From: Chrysomallon squamiferum
Taxonomy: Eukaryota > Animalia > Mollusca
Reading direction: 5' to 3'
Assembly: GCA_012295275.1 (NCBI GenBank)
Contig: CM022679.1
Span: 9,424,001 to 9,488,000 of the forward strand
Length of the DNA: 64,000 nucleotides
The first letter of the stretch is position 1, and each line of letters begins with the position of its first letter. Shown piece by piece: positions 1-33,240 of this stretch. The notes beneath the pieces are model-generated. The model had not been told where the DNA came from. It worked only from the letters and a program-made list of their open reading frames with translations, and made no database searches. Position numbers and translations under genes: made by a program.

Positions 1-1909
1 TGTTTATCATATATTAATTAAAAAAAAAAAACCAACTTTTTATAGCGATATAATCTACATTTTAAAATTATCTTGCTAATTGTTTTTAATTATGTATGCT
101 TCTGACAACTTCTCTGTAACTAGTATCTTTACACTGCCAGTTTGCCATTTTGTTGTGAGTTTACTTTTCAGCAATGTTTTTAAAAATATATATTAAATTT
201 TCACAACACAATTTAACAGAATCTGTACTGGATTTCACTGCATTTTTTTTTTTTTTTTTTTTTTTTTATTCTTAAATGTATGTACGTAGTTTAGACAAAA
301 TGAAATCCATTGCTCAAAAGTTTTGTTTTTAATTCTTGTGGCCTTACTGAAAAAAGCTTACAGTATAAGCTAGTTTTGTGTTCATGGTGATATACATGCA
401 CCTTTATTTGCAAAGGTTAAATGTTGGTGATTTTATGTGGGGATCAATGTGTTGTTTACCAATGTTTTAAATTTTTAAAGTATATCTTTGCTTATATGAA
501 TAAATGGTCTGATTTTTTTTTTTATTATTACAAATAATAATAATTTTTTTTTGATATTGCAAGAATATGACAATAAAATAAGATTAATGTTTTACATCTA
601 CGCAACTTGAAATGTAACATCAAATACATGGTGGAACATTGTTTTTGTTTTCTTTGATCATAAAAGAAAAATCTTCTGATTATATTTATTTATTGTTTTT
701 GACAAATAATTTTTATTATGAAATACAGAAATTTTGTAGCTTGCACAAATACCACTGTAATTTTTAACATTTTAAGGAATGCGAAACACCAAAACCAAAT
801 TATAAAACAAACTTGTTTACCATGATATGTATCCATCATGTCTTCAGAAACATGGAGGTTAGATGTTTTCAACCAGTATTTTGTTATAAGCTAAAATTGG
901 TCAGCAAAAGAACCAAAACAAAAACTTGGCAACGTGAAATGTAATGACGATTTCTTCATATCAACAAAGATAGACTTTATAATGTCAGAATTCCATAGCA
1001 AATCATAGATAATCATTTTTTCTGCTATGATGTCACATCACTTTCATAAAACCTTATTGTTATATAAAATAACTTGCAATAAATTTTTATGTATATATAT
1101 TCTAATTACAAAAATGAAGTGTTTTGTTTTTATTTCTGTAGTTTTTAGTGCCAGTAATGAGGACAAAGATGATATTTTTACAATTTATTTTTCTTGATGC
1201 ATAAATATGCTTAAATTTCTGAAATGGTTTATTAAAAAACAGAACATGCCATCACCTTCAGACTTCTGAAACAGCCTTCAAACACTAAAATGTGTTCAGT
1301 AAGATGAAGAAAAAGAGTTAAATTTTATCTCGTTGTCAACTGGTTCCAGTTAGAACATTTAAAATAAAAGCTGATTATTTTATACAGCAGTCTCTCTTTG
1401 AGATGGAGGATAGTGAAGGGAAATGTCCATGCTACATATTTGTAAATGGTTACACCTTCACTGTATAAATCATTGTCATTGTTCTTTGATGTTGAATATA
1501 AAATTTAATCCAGTGGATGCTGTCTTTCATAAAAAAATATAAAATGGGGGGTGCTATGTGTAAAACACAACATACAAAATCCAGTTAACTGGTACACTTC
1601 TCTGATAATAACTTAATGTGAATACTAGAGAGCTACTCTCACCACCAAACCAGTTAAGAACCACTGTTATACTATAACTGGGGAAAAAACTTGGCATCAA
1701 ATTTTTAAAAATTATTTTAAATTTTGTATACATTAACTATTTTTAGATAATAAAAACTATCTACATATGACAAATAGTATAAGATATACTACAAACTAAC
1801 TAGAACTTGGTTAGAAAACTAAGAAAAATCTGATGAAATTCAATTACTTAACTCTATGGTGCTCCTCTTTCCTGATTAAAGATATACAGGCTCAAATGGG
1901 ATTCTAGGC

Positions 1910-2148
1910 CAGTGATTTTCAATCATCTTCACTTAATTAGTAAAAATAAATATTATTTACTTGCTGCAAATAATTTGCCATTGTGCGTCTGCCTGCTATA
2001 TAGTGACTGGCAAAGTAATGAAATAATCTTTCGTGACTAAATTGTTGTAAATATGTCATTTTGTAACACTTTTGGTTTGGTGGTGCGACACAGGATTTTT
2101 TTAGTGTAAAAAATGTGCCTTGGCTCAAAAAAGGTTGAAAAACACTTG
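1910..2148. mobile_element. Non-autonomous hAT/Charlie-type DNA transposon (MITE) relic
   Basis: Imperfect terminal inverted repeats: CAGTGATTTTCAATC (1910) and GGTTGAAAAACACTTG (2133-2148). These resemble hAT ends of the CAGTGNTTYTCAACC type. The left flank TTCTAGGC resembles the hAT target NTCTAGAN; the right flank TGCTGGGT is a decayed possible TSD. Confidence 0.55.
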
Positions 2149-2680
2149 TGCTGGGTCCAATCTTAAAATTCTTGTATAGTTGCATCATCACCTTGAAGGC
2201 AAATGGCTTCTCAGAAATAATTCTTCCAGGCCTTTCAGGCAGGCATCTTGAATATATAAAGTTCCATAAAACATCACAGAGGCCATTGGATGTACCAAAA
2301 ACATGATGGCAGTTACTTAATTAATGTTATTAGATGTAACCTCTGCACTTTTAATATATTTGAAATTAAAATGACTTTTTTTTTAAATATCAGAATAAAA
2401 TAAAATTCAAACATTTGTACTGAACAACTAAAAATTAATACTGACAGGAAAATATTTACTGAAATTAGGCAAATTAGAGCCAACAGAAATCTAAGCTAAG
2501 TTGAATATGGATTCACAGGAAAAATAAATTTACTTCTTTTAAATCGTTTAAAAATATCATCTTATTTCTTGTTTCATATCCCCTAAAGAAATCAAGTCCT
2601 GCTTAATTTATTAACCCCATTTGGTTTTATAAAGGAAAGCATCCTTTTGTCCTGTAACTAAGTGGCGTTGACAATCAAAA

Positions 2681-2684
<4 letters not shown>

Positions 2685-2723
<39 letters not shown>

Positions 2724-2761
2724 TAAATAAAAAAATGGTAAAACTTATAATAAATAAAAAA

Positions 2762-2800
<39 letters not shown>

Positions 2801-2831
2801 ACTACTACTACTACTACTACTGCTGCTACTA
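2685..2831. repeat. Compound (AAT)n/(ACT)n microsatellite
   Basis: Trinucleotide runs read directly; they produce the spurious ORF 2675-2860. Confidence 0.9.
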
Positions 2832-3273
2832 CAAATTAAATAGACTGATCTTGATACCATGTTACGCTTGTTTTCTTTTTAACCAACCATCGATGTTTTG
2901 TCGGGCTACAAACACCGAATGTTTAGTTGTCATGAGAAAACAAAACAAATGCAAGGAGACCGGTAAACGCAAATGTTCTAGCTTTCTATAATTCCTGTTA
3001 TGAAATACACCAAGATGACTTAATGTTAGCTAGAAACAAATAGGTGTTTTTAAGTTTGGCGATAACTATGAATAAAATAATGAAGATAATTTAGCATCTG
3101 TGGAGACTGATCGATAATTAAGCATGTCGACATGACATCAAAGTTCAAACATTAAATTTTATTAGAACCACTTTTTTTTTTTCAATTTGGACACAGCAGA
3201 AGTAAAAATTCGTTCAAGTATGTTGTAATTCTAAAGTAAAGTAATACTAATTAGAAATGATAATGATAATGAT

Positions 3274-3306
<33 letters not shown>

Positions 3307-3429
3307 TTGAAATAATAACACAATTTATTATTATCGAGAGTAAAATATATTTCCGAAAGTAAAAAAAAATGATAACTGTAATTTCAGGAAGACTGACGTG
3401 TTGGAATAATTGTTTCTGTCAACTGAATC

Positions 3430-6400
3430 ATGGCCATGTTTGAAACTATTAAAAACAGACAACAACCCAATAACCATTATGCAAGAAACACTTACCATGT
3501 TCTTGACTTAGAAATTGACCAGCCCTTAGACAATACATGCAGCAGTGGATTGTGTGATGCATCAATCCAAGATATTCCTCTGTTCCAGTACAACGAAATT
3601 CCAGATTTTTGCAAGGAAATCCATTTGTTGTCAAAGGTTACAGAGCTTTTCTTCCATTCAGTCTTTGTTTGAAGAGGTAATGTACTTATTACAACTGTTT
3701 CAATAAAAATAATTGATAATATTTATATTATTATTACACAAAAGTACACAATTTTAATTTATTAACCAGAATTTTCAGCGTCACCATTGATCTTAGACTG
3801 AAAGAAATCTTACTAATAATATGATATTAGTCGAAATTGTTTTCAGTCTGTACAGATCTGTGCTAGATATTCGGTAAAATGAGGACCACATTAAGTTTGA
3901 ATTAGTATGTGAATGTATTATATTATATGATACACTATATATATATATTTCGAAAATGATTAAGTATAGAGTCTTGTAATAATTAAAGATATTTAAATTT
4001 ATCTTTATATAATATCACTTGTATGAACAAATTTCATATGGGTGTGGAAATATTTTGAGAATGAAAATACATAATAGCCTAATGAATTCAATAAACTTGA
4101 AAAGTTTCTGATGTTAATCAATCAGGATTATATCTGTTTTGACATGATCTACACACATACACTGAGTAGTAATTTTTAATAATGTTGATGAGACGATATT
4201 ATGTATGCTATTTTGTTTTTATTTTAAATTTCAGCTTGTTTGTTTGGTCAAATGAAACTGTCAACATCTGGACGCATTTTGGAGGATTTTTCCTCTTTCT
4301 GCTCATCACCCTGTACGACAATCTCATAGTCATTCCAAGATACAACGGGTCCTTTGCAGATCACTTTATAGTCACGCTGGGCTTATTGTGTTATCAGGTG
4401 AAATAAGTTTTATCACTCAGTGTTGTTGTTTTAGCAGCTTAATTACATTTATCTGTAATATAGCCTGTGTCTGTGATACTGTTTACATTAGTGATATAAT
4501 CTGTCTGTGATATGATCTGTGTCTTAGATTTGGTCTTTTTATGGTTTTGTCACTGATTTGGTCTGTATCTATGATACAGTCTATGAAGAAGTTGTAACAG
4601 ATATCAATCTTTGTAAACAAAATTACAGTAAGACAGTTTTATACATGTAAATACAGGCTACCTATACATGCCATCTCAGTACAGCTAAGAACACAAGTAT
4701 TTTTTTTCATTTCTTATAAACTGTTTCATTTCAGTTCTGTATGCTGTGTTCCACTGGATTCCACATATTCTGTTGTCACTCAGAACGAGCTAGTAAACGC
4801 TGGCTTGCTGTCGATCTCACTGGAATTTCCATTGGCATTATAGGCTGTTACCTCCCTGCTGTACACTATGCCTTTTACTGTTATTCTGTAAGTTGGTTAG
4901 CTTTACTAAAATATTTCATGATAATTCTTTTTTTACAATGAAGAAAAAACAATAAAATCAAACAAAAGTATGAACTATTATATAAAATATTTCCCCCAAA
5001 ACAAAAAAATACGAAAAAAGAAATATGTAAGGAAAAAGAAGACAAAACAATTTAAATTTATAAGGACTGTATGTATGGTATAACTGGAATATTTTCTATT
5101 ATTTTTCACCTGGTAAAAACTATTAATGTTTAACTGTTCTGTTTACTGTTATTAACACATTTGTTACTCTATCCTGAACCTTTGTTATTTGAATGTGTTA
5201 AAAAATATCTTATATTTTGTAATAGTTGATTAAAACAACACTGAAACAACTAGTCAGGAACTAATATTTAAAAAGGAAAAAACGCCAAAGCAAACAACAG
5301 TAAACAAAACCAAAAAAAACAACAACAACAAAACAAAACCAAAAAAAACAACAACAACAAAACAAAACCAAAACAAATACAAAACAAAAATATCATTTAA
5401 TTTAACCAGTCATGCCACAGAACTTGCCTTTATTTTTAACTTTTTTTTTTTTTAATTAAGTTCTTGCATATTTTTGTATATATTTTATTTTCAGGTTTGG
5501 AGGGATATCTACTTAGTTTCTGTATTTCTTCTGAGTGCTGCCGTACTGTCTCTCCAGCTTCATCCGAGGTTTTTCTCATCTAGATGGTTTACTGTAAGAC
5601 TGATACTGTACTGTGCTCTAGTTGGGTATGGAATCATACCAACAATTCACTGGGTGTATCTTAATGGAGGATGGAATTCAGTAATAGTTCAGGTTGGTGT
5701 ACTGCATCAGTTTGTTTTTCATCAGCAGAATATAAAGAACTAGAAGATGGACCTGATGCACTAAAACTCTTGTGTTGTTAACTTGTTGCTGAAGAAAGAA
5801 TTATCAGAAATTTTTTAAAGCCATTTGTGCAAAAATGATCACACTTAGATAATTTTGATGTGAATATAATGTAAGCCAGATGTTCATTGTTCAGTAAAAG
5901 TAGAAAAAAAGTAAAAAGAAATTAATTCTTTAAAGACATTTTATGTAATGAATCACAAGCACAGACTTACATACAAACGAACGCTTTAAAAGAGTTCATT
6001 TTTCTCTAGCATAAAAGAAACATTTTACTTTCTGTTGTAATCTGTTTTCAGTCAGCAGTTAATCTATGATTCGTTTTTAATGTTTAATTTTTAATGCATT
6101 TGTGATACACAGCATCCAGTCTGATTTTTTGTGCTGAGGTGTCATTAAACATTTCTTCCTTCATTCTATTTCTTTTCAGATTTTTGTACCAAAAGTCACC
6201 ACGATGTACTTGCTAGCAATGTTGGCCTTTGCATTTTATGTAACAAAGTTTCCAGAAAGAGTATTTCCAGGTTAGTGATGTTAATTTTTGATCTGTGAAT
6301 ATTATTAAATAGATTATTGAATTATTTTTAATTTTAAGGCTTCATTTGTGGATGTTATTAAATAAATCCTTGAATAATTTTTAATTCTGAGGCTTAATGA

Positions 6401-6875
6401 GAGGATGTTGCATATCTTTTTTTTTTTTTCTTTTTTTGTTTTTTTTTTTTAAATGTTTTTAATTTGATAGATTAAACACATTATCAAATGAATTATAAAA
6501 TTATTGTCTTTCTTGATAACATAATGAACATATACTATAAACATCCTTGATGTCAATGTAACCACCAAAATTATCCATTTTTTGATCAAAATTAACCAGT
6601 AAAACACAAGACTTGTATATTAGATATACCCAATAAATATTTTGTGTTTCAATGCCTGATTAAAAAATAAGCCAACATGGTTTAATTTTTTTTTTTGAAT
6701 TTCTTCTTATCATAAAAAAAATATTTCTTTTTCTTTTGAAATTACAGGCACTTTTGACTATTTTGGTTCAAGTCACCAGTGCTGGCATGTGATTGTTGTT
6801 CTGGCGTTTGCTTGGTGGACAAAAGCTGGGGAGGAGATCATGTTTTACAGAACTTCCCACATTTGCTTGGAGTAG
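3430..6875 (+). CDS. PAQR3: Progestin and adipoQ receptor family member 3 (PAQR3/RKTG-like), ~326 aa, 6 exons
   Basis: Exons 3430-3676, 4235-4397, 4735-4887, 5495-5692, 6180-6270, 6748-6875, all GT-AG. Motifs: (NPFVVKGYR)...SLFVWSNETVNIWTH, STGFHIFCCHSE...DLTGIS, TKFPERVFPG.FDYFGSSHQCWH, typical of PAQR/HlyIII proteins and closest to PAQR3. The frame needs one extra T in the T5 run at 3606-3610. Confidence 0.92.
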
Positions 6876-8545
6876 ATTGTTGTGTTTGTTATGTGTGATT
6901 TTAGACAGACATTTTAATTTTTTGAATTTAAAGTAATATAATTAGGAAATAATTATTGTTTTATACACACTATTTATTATTTATTTATTTATATATTTAT
7001 ATATTTATTTACATAGTTATTTATAGAAAAAGACAAAATATTTGATATCAAGTAATTATTATATAATCATACAAATAGGGTAAGTCCATGCTAGAGTTTG
7101 AAAAATATTCAGTCTTTGGCTGCATAAAATTATTATCTTTGTTTATAAACCCACCTTTTGTTCAGCCACTGAAATCTGTGATAGTAGTATTAGTGTTTTG
7201 TTACGCAAATTACATTTCATATAATTAAAATGACAGTTTCACATCAGGTATTTACAAAATAGTCTGCAGCTTTGAATGAAATTAGATATAAAATATCCAG
7301 GATATTTATATTTGTGAATAACAAAATAATCAAATGTTCTGTGTACATTAACAGTTTTCTATGATGCAGGTCCTGGTTCAGATATTACGTAATATTAAAC
7401 TCTTTTTTAATTCAAGTTCAGCCCTGCAATATAATAAGATATAAAATACGTAGTATAATTAGAGTACAATTTCATTAATTTTTAAAAACTGATATTAATG
7501 GGTCCAATTTTTTTCTAAGTTTGTTTCTGTACTGCGTGTTTTTTGTAAATTAGTATTGATTTTTAACAAATGCATACATCATAAATTTCTATCACTTTTG
7601 TACACATATTGTATTTATTTTTTTTGATATCTATATGTTTTCCTTGAAATATGTTATTAAAAAAATGTATTCCAAAGATACAGCAATTATTCCCAACAAG
7701 ATTATCACTAGCAACATAATTTAAAATTGTTGATACTTAAAAGGAAAACGTAGCAGAAATCATTATTTATAAAGTTGGGGTTATTTTGAACTTTTTCAAT
7801 AATTTTATACACTGGTTTACTTCAATTTTTATATTTTAAAAAATATTTATGATAGGGTAAACAAGATTATTCAAACAGAGATTTATAAATAATTTATTTT
7901 TATGAAAGTTTTATGAAACTATGTTGTTTAAAAATAAGACTGGATTACGATTTTTTAACTGTGACTTTTGAATGAAGTATCTTTGTTATTTCGTCTTTAT
8001 TTTTTTATTACTCTGTTTTTAATTCAATCCTTATTAAATTGGTAAACTTGTAATTTTTATTTTATTTAATTTTGAATAAAATCATGTCTATTGTTTAAAT
8101 GTGTTTTGTCTTTTATCATCATATCAAATGGAATAAAACTAAACATAAAAAAGTTTTTAATGCTATCATAAAATTTGAACATAAATTTAATTCCTGTATG
8201 GCTTTTTTTTTTGCCCAAGAGTAAGAATAATAAAGTATTTAAAAAAGAAATAAAATACAGATCAGTTTTACCTTTTTGAAACATTAAACATATCAACAGC
8301 TTTCTTTAAATATTATTAATACTGAACTAACAGTCTTATGTGTTAACATCTTGTGAGTGTTAAATATATATTCCATATCAATGGTTGGTTTAAGTTCTGG
8401 AGTAATTTTCAGGTCTTTCCCAATTTTATCAGCTAAATAACAGTTCATTTCATGCTGGAAAGAAACTTGAGAATTATATAGTATTTCATGTTTCCAGTTT
8501 TGATGACATAATCAACTTGTACAAGTCTTTCTTTTCTTTCTTTAT

Positions 8546-8576
<31 letters not shown>

Positions 8577-10072
8577 CCCAGTAAAATAAAATAATAATAT
8601 GAAAACTGACAAGGGTTATTTTAATTTAATATGAACTTAACAGTTATGCATATAAAATTATAATATCAAGTATCCATTCATCTGGACAAAATATCTGATA
8701 AACAATCACATGGTGTTCTTATATACTGTAAAATTTTCTTCATGTTGCAGTTTTCAAAAAATTATTTATTTATTTTTTAACTCACAGTGTGCTCTTTATT
8801 TATGGCTGCAAGTAAACTGGTTTTTATTTATAATTGATCAATCATTTACTCAATATTTTGCCTGAATATAATTCTTTCATACAGAACATATAATTATTAA
8901 AAACCTACTGTTTACACAAGGTCTGAAGCCAAAGTAGTTCAGAAATCTTTATTAACGTTCAAGTGCAATTACATAAAATTATATTTTCCAGTAGTGTGTG
9001 TTTGAATGTAGACATAATTTGATTCAAAGTGTTAATCCAGATTCATTATCCAAATTGTATTGTAACCTGAATTCAGCATATTTTCATCCAAAATCATCAT
9101 TTGCACGTAATACCACATGAAACATGTTTGATTTTTTTTTAAACTTTTGTAACCCCAACATTATTTGAAATTCAGCAGATGTACGTAATCAGAATTAGTT
9201 TGATAACATTGGTTTGTCTGTTCTGTTGTTCTGTTCAGCTGTCAGTGATTTTAGATTTTATAATAATAAATTATTAGATACAAATATGTTTTTTTTTTTA
9301 CTTGTCACATCAATTTATTGATAATCATCATTTTTGAGTGATGCTTTTTATGTCAGTTTGATTTCACACAAACACATGTAATACGGGACTAGTGATATGA
9401 ATACAAAATAATTTTGTTATTATTTGTAACTCAGATACTGGCCCTTTTCACAGATCTCTTGATAAAAAAACAACAAAAATGACCTCCCCCCCCATAATAA
9501 TTCGTTCATTTTAAAGATAACGTTTACATTTTTTAGACATGTAGAAAAACACACAAAAACAAACAACTGATTTCTTTACTTTATTCTGTCTAAAAATCTC
9601 ATCTCAAATCCTATTGTTAATTTTCAGATTTAAAAACATTGTCCATTACATTTATCTATGCACAGTATTGTGACTTGATATAAAAGGCAAAATAAATAAA
9701 GAGGTATTTTAAAACATTAAAAAAAAAAAAATGTAATTTATTTCTTGGTATTTATTTATTTCTTTGGAAAACCATGGTCCCAATGATCATTTTTGCTGTA
9801 AGTGGCATTGTTTGAAAAGCATTTCCTAAGGAAAATTAATGTGCCTCAATTTTGTGACGTCTGCCATACAAACTTTTTATAAATGTATGTGACACTTTTA
9901 AGGAATGTGGAAGTAAATAAATATCCATGTATCAGTTTTAAACAAATGGCAAAGATAAATAAAACTCACGTTTTAACATAAAACTTTAGAATAACAACAT
10001 ATATGGTGGAACAAATATGCTATTTACTTTTATTTTTTTTTTTTTTTTATTTATTTATTTATTTTAAAAAAG

Positions 10073-10114
<42 letters not shown>

Positions 10115-10434
10115 TTTTTTTTTTTTTTTTTTTTTTTACTATAATGCACACATTTCAAAAACAGAATTTCTGAAACTGCTTTCTTTGTGAAAAAAGAAAA
10201 GAAAAAAAAAAGAACAAAATTATCATTTATATAACCAAAATTCCATTAGTATGTTTATTGAATGATAATGGCAAAATCTATTTATGTGTTGTTTACAGAG
10301 TTATACTGATATATATGTACAACTGCAGCAATGAAACCAGTGTTTATCAGAGACATGACAGTTATCAATTACCCACGAGTTTTAAAAACTTTTTTTGCTA
10401 CTTGTACAAACTATGTTTAGCGACTGTTATTATT

Positions 10435-10468
<34 letters not shown>

Positions 10469-12490
10469 GCAGTTGTAAACATCTTTGAAATATGGAGATT
10501 ACTGTGACCAAGTTAACAAATGTTTTATGGATTATATAAATATACATTTTGTTAATGTTTAAAATAAGGTATATTTTGTAAACTAAACCCCGAATTAAAA
10601 AGATAAATGTGAAGAGTTAAAGCAAAAAGGAGGCATATAATGTTTGTGAAATTGTCCACTTACTAATATTTTAATTATACTTCACATTAATATATATATA
10701 TATATAGATATATATATTTTTTTTTTTTACATCATCTTAAATATATTTTGCTTTTACTCTAATTTTGTGTTATACAATTATACAATGAAAAAAAAAAGAA
10801 AAGGTAGACAATTTGTTAATTTAATGACAATCAACAGGATTTTAATTTAAACAACTGACTGGCAACATAAACATGTTAAGGACATGCATATTAATAAGGC
10901 TGGAAACCTGTAACTACTTCATGACTTGCTACTCTGGGTTTTTGATGAACTGCAAGGAATCTTTTATACATATTTTCCCACAGACAGGAAAGCTTTGTTT
11001 TTAAGAAAACAGCAGCTGAATGGAAACTTCAGTCAGTTTGATCCAGTTGGTGTACAACTGAACAACAGCCTGTGTTTAAGGACTGAGTGTGTAATTTTAG
11101 ATTGTTTGGTTTCAATTCCACTGTTCTTGTTCAAACCGAGTGTGAATTAATTCAGTGTTTAAATAACATGTCTCCATCTCTCACTCTGTCCGTTTGTGTG
11201 TCTGTCTTTCAGTTACTTACTTGCATACAGACATGCAGGGGTGGGTAGGTGGGTGGGTGTGAAACGGATAGAAAATGGAGACAAAGACAGAGAAAGAGAA
11301 TTTAAAAGATCTGTAACAGTAAGAATAACTTTAATAATAGTTAGCATTTAAAATGTAAATAATGTTGTCATGAAAAGATGTACAGATTAAACAATACTGT
11401 GTTTCTAATGGCAAAGAACAAGAAATATAATGTCATTATTATTATTATTATTATTTTTTGTTTTTTTTTCTTTCTAGAAAATGATTTGAAATGAATTATT
11501 TTATTATTAAACTGCTGTTAACTTCTTTAAGGTGCTTATTTCTCAAGTAGGGGATCTACCCTAACAGCAAGATAACAATTTATAAATATGAAAAAGATAC
11601 ACAAATAAAAAGCTCAAATAGGTTAAAACTGGCCTATATAGATCCTTTGTTTATTTCATTCCAAATAAATAAAATACATGTATTTACATGACTGTAGTTA
11701 AAACAGGATACAAACATTTTTAAATCACTTAAAATAAAAAATAATAAAATAAAAAAAATAAAAAATAAAATAAAAAAATAAATAAAAATAATATAAATAT
11801 TATTAATAATAATAATAAAAAAGAAAGAAAATGAAAAATAAAAATAAAACAAGAATTTGATTATCAATATGCATTTTACCAGTCACTAGCCATTTTCTCA
11901 AACTATTAATATTTTTCACAAACATATATCAGCTTCACATAAGTAGTAAATGAAAGTTATATGTTAATTATAATATAATAACATAAACAGCAAATACATC
12001 AGGATTATTCTATCAGTTAATTGTAGGTTACAGTCATAAATAAAATAATTAGAGATACTTTTAAGGTTAAAGCAAAAACCTTCAGATTAAATTACAATAA
12101 TATAGTTACATTTTAGTTAAGTCTAAATGAGTATTCACTTAATTTGCATCTTCTTCAGATGGTATAAACTAAATGTTTAATTTTTAGTTTACTACTAGTT
12201 TATACTGCTTAATGAAGATGCAATTATTCAAGAATAATTAATTTTTGTAAAAAATAATGTGACCTTTAGCAAGTAATGTAATAAAATGATTAGTAGAGAA
12301 ATATTTTTTCTTCTTTTAATTTATATGTCTAAAAAAAATAAATCTATGTACTAATATTTTAGTAATTATTAAATTTAAACATTATCAAAAAATAAGCAGG
12401 TATCTTTCAATTCAATTAAAATTTCTTAATTTTTTTATTTTGGCAACGACAGAAACTAAAATACAAAAATAAAAAACCAACATCCCCACA

Positions 12491-12525
<35 letters not shown>

Positions 12526-13656
12526 ATATATAATAATATAAAAAAAAAAAAAAAAAAAAACAACACGTTTAACATACATTTAAACTGACTAAAAGGATCT
12601 ATACATTTGTAGCCAGACATTAAAACAAGACATCCACAACTCTAACATTTTGGTTTAAACTTCAACACTTCAGGACCTTCTAATTACACATCATCACTTC
12701 CCTTTAATAACTTACTGTAATTAACTATCACAGATCTGACAACATAGTTATGACATAGCAGTTTGCATCTGCAGTATCTTACACTGCTTGTTTAAAAAAA
12801 CAAAAAACAAAAAAACACACAATAAACACACAAAAAACAACTATTGCACCAAATATTTAACATCATACTTGCTGATGTTGAGGCATGGTGAATTTAAAGA
12901 AGAATCAATAAATAAAAAAATAAATAAAATAAATAAATAATAAAAATACTCAGTTGCTTGATTTCATACATCACGCACTTTGTTATTCATTATGATGGTG
13001 TAAATCTGCCATTTTGTTCCCTTCTAAAAAATAAAATAAAACTGAAATAGGTAATTGTGTCTTTCGCTCATTTATAGATTTTGTTAACTATTTTGCAGCA
13101 AATATACAAAGTGGTGTCTCAAGAAAGCTACTATTAAAAGAAAAAATATGCAACTTTAATGAAAGCAAACACATCAGTTTTAGGCAAAAATTAATTTAGT
13201 TTGAACAATGAACCAAGGCAAAACAAAAGTTAATTATTTCATTAGTCCAAGGTAGGTTTTTTTTTTTTTTTTTTTTTTTTTTCAGTTATAGATAATGCAC
13301 TTCATTACAAACAGAAAAATTAAATTAAGTCTTCTATATTCCCTGCCATGCTAATCACAACGAACTAGTAAAACAAAATGGCTTTATCACACTGCAAACT
13401 GGGAAAGCTCAAACAAACCGATGATGTTACTGAAAACAAGCAATTCAAAAACACAGAAAATACACACCCGTGCTATTGTATGTAGCCAAATAAACAGACC
13501 CATAGTTAAAATCAAAAACGCTGCAAGCAGCAATATTTTCACATCTGTAAAGAATATTTAAAAAAAAAAAAAAAAAAAATAAATAAAAGATTTAAAAGTG
13601 GAAGAGTAAAAATAAAATCTTCTGATGATTATTAAAAAAAAAAGGAAGGCTGATCA

Positions 13657-32656
<19,000 letters not shown>

Positions 32657-33240
32657 TTCCAACAATACAACACAAGCACGAATATGTCAGAACGCAAAAT
32701 TAAATTCTGTATTACTCATCACTATCAACAATTAGTCCTACTGTACTGTAGCTGTTTCAGTATTTAGAAACTATACACTTCCTGTACGTGCAATTTATTA
32801 TAACAATCATTGTGGTTACAATACTGACCACAAAAAATTGTCACTTTTGGCGAATTAAGTGTTAATACAACTGGTTCACCCAGTCTAAATGATGTGTTAC
32901 ATCTCATCTAGAAAATCATTCACGTAATAAATATGACAAGTTAGTTCATCGCACCTGCTTCCAGAAATTATGGCGGAGTTCTCGTATGTCAGACATCACG
33001 TGATATAGGTAATTGCATACTCGTCCTTTCGTTTTAATATCGAAAACTTCAGTTTTTAAAATTAAGTACAATAACAGACATTTGTTCAATAACACTAGCG
33101 TTCTGTTAGTTTAAAATAACTGCTTTGAAGATATTACAAATCATTAAGTCTTATTTATTTACTTTCTCGCTTTATCTCGCGATAACTTCATTAACAAAAT
33201 GGCCGACCGCGCGGATTTGTGAACAATAATGTAAACAAAG
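32657..33240. promoter_or_regulatory. Putative bidirectional promoter shared by the NAK kinase (-) and ASH2L (+)
   Basis: CpG-enriched relative to the window and located between head-to-head genes. Motifs: ETS-like CACTTCCTG (~32776), palindromic E-box ATCACGTGAT (32995-33004), TCTCGCGATA (33175-33184), YY1-like ATTATGGCGG (~32967) and CAAAATGGCCG (33195). Donor-like ATAG|GTAATT at ~33008. Confidence 0.6.

Noticed and set aside
3604-3612. Programmed -1 ribosomal frameshift in PAQR3
   Set aside because: No canonical X XXY YYZ heptamer or evident stimulatory structure; a homopolymer indel is simpler.
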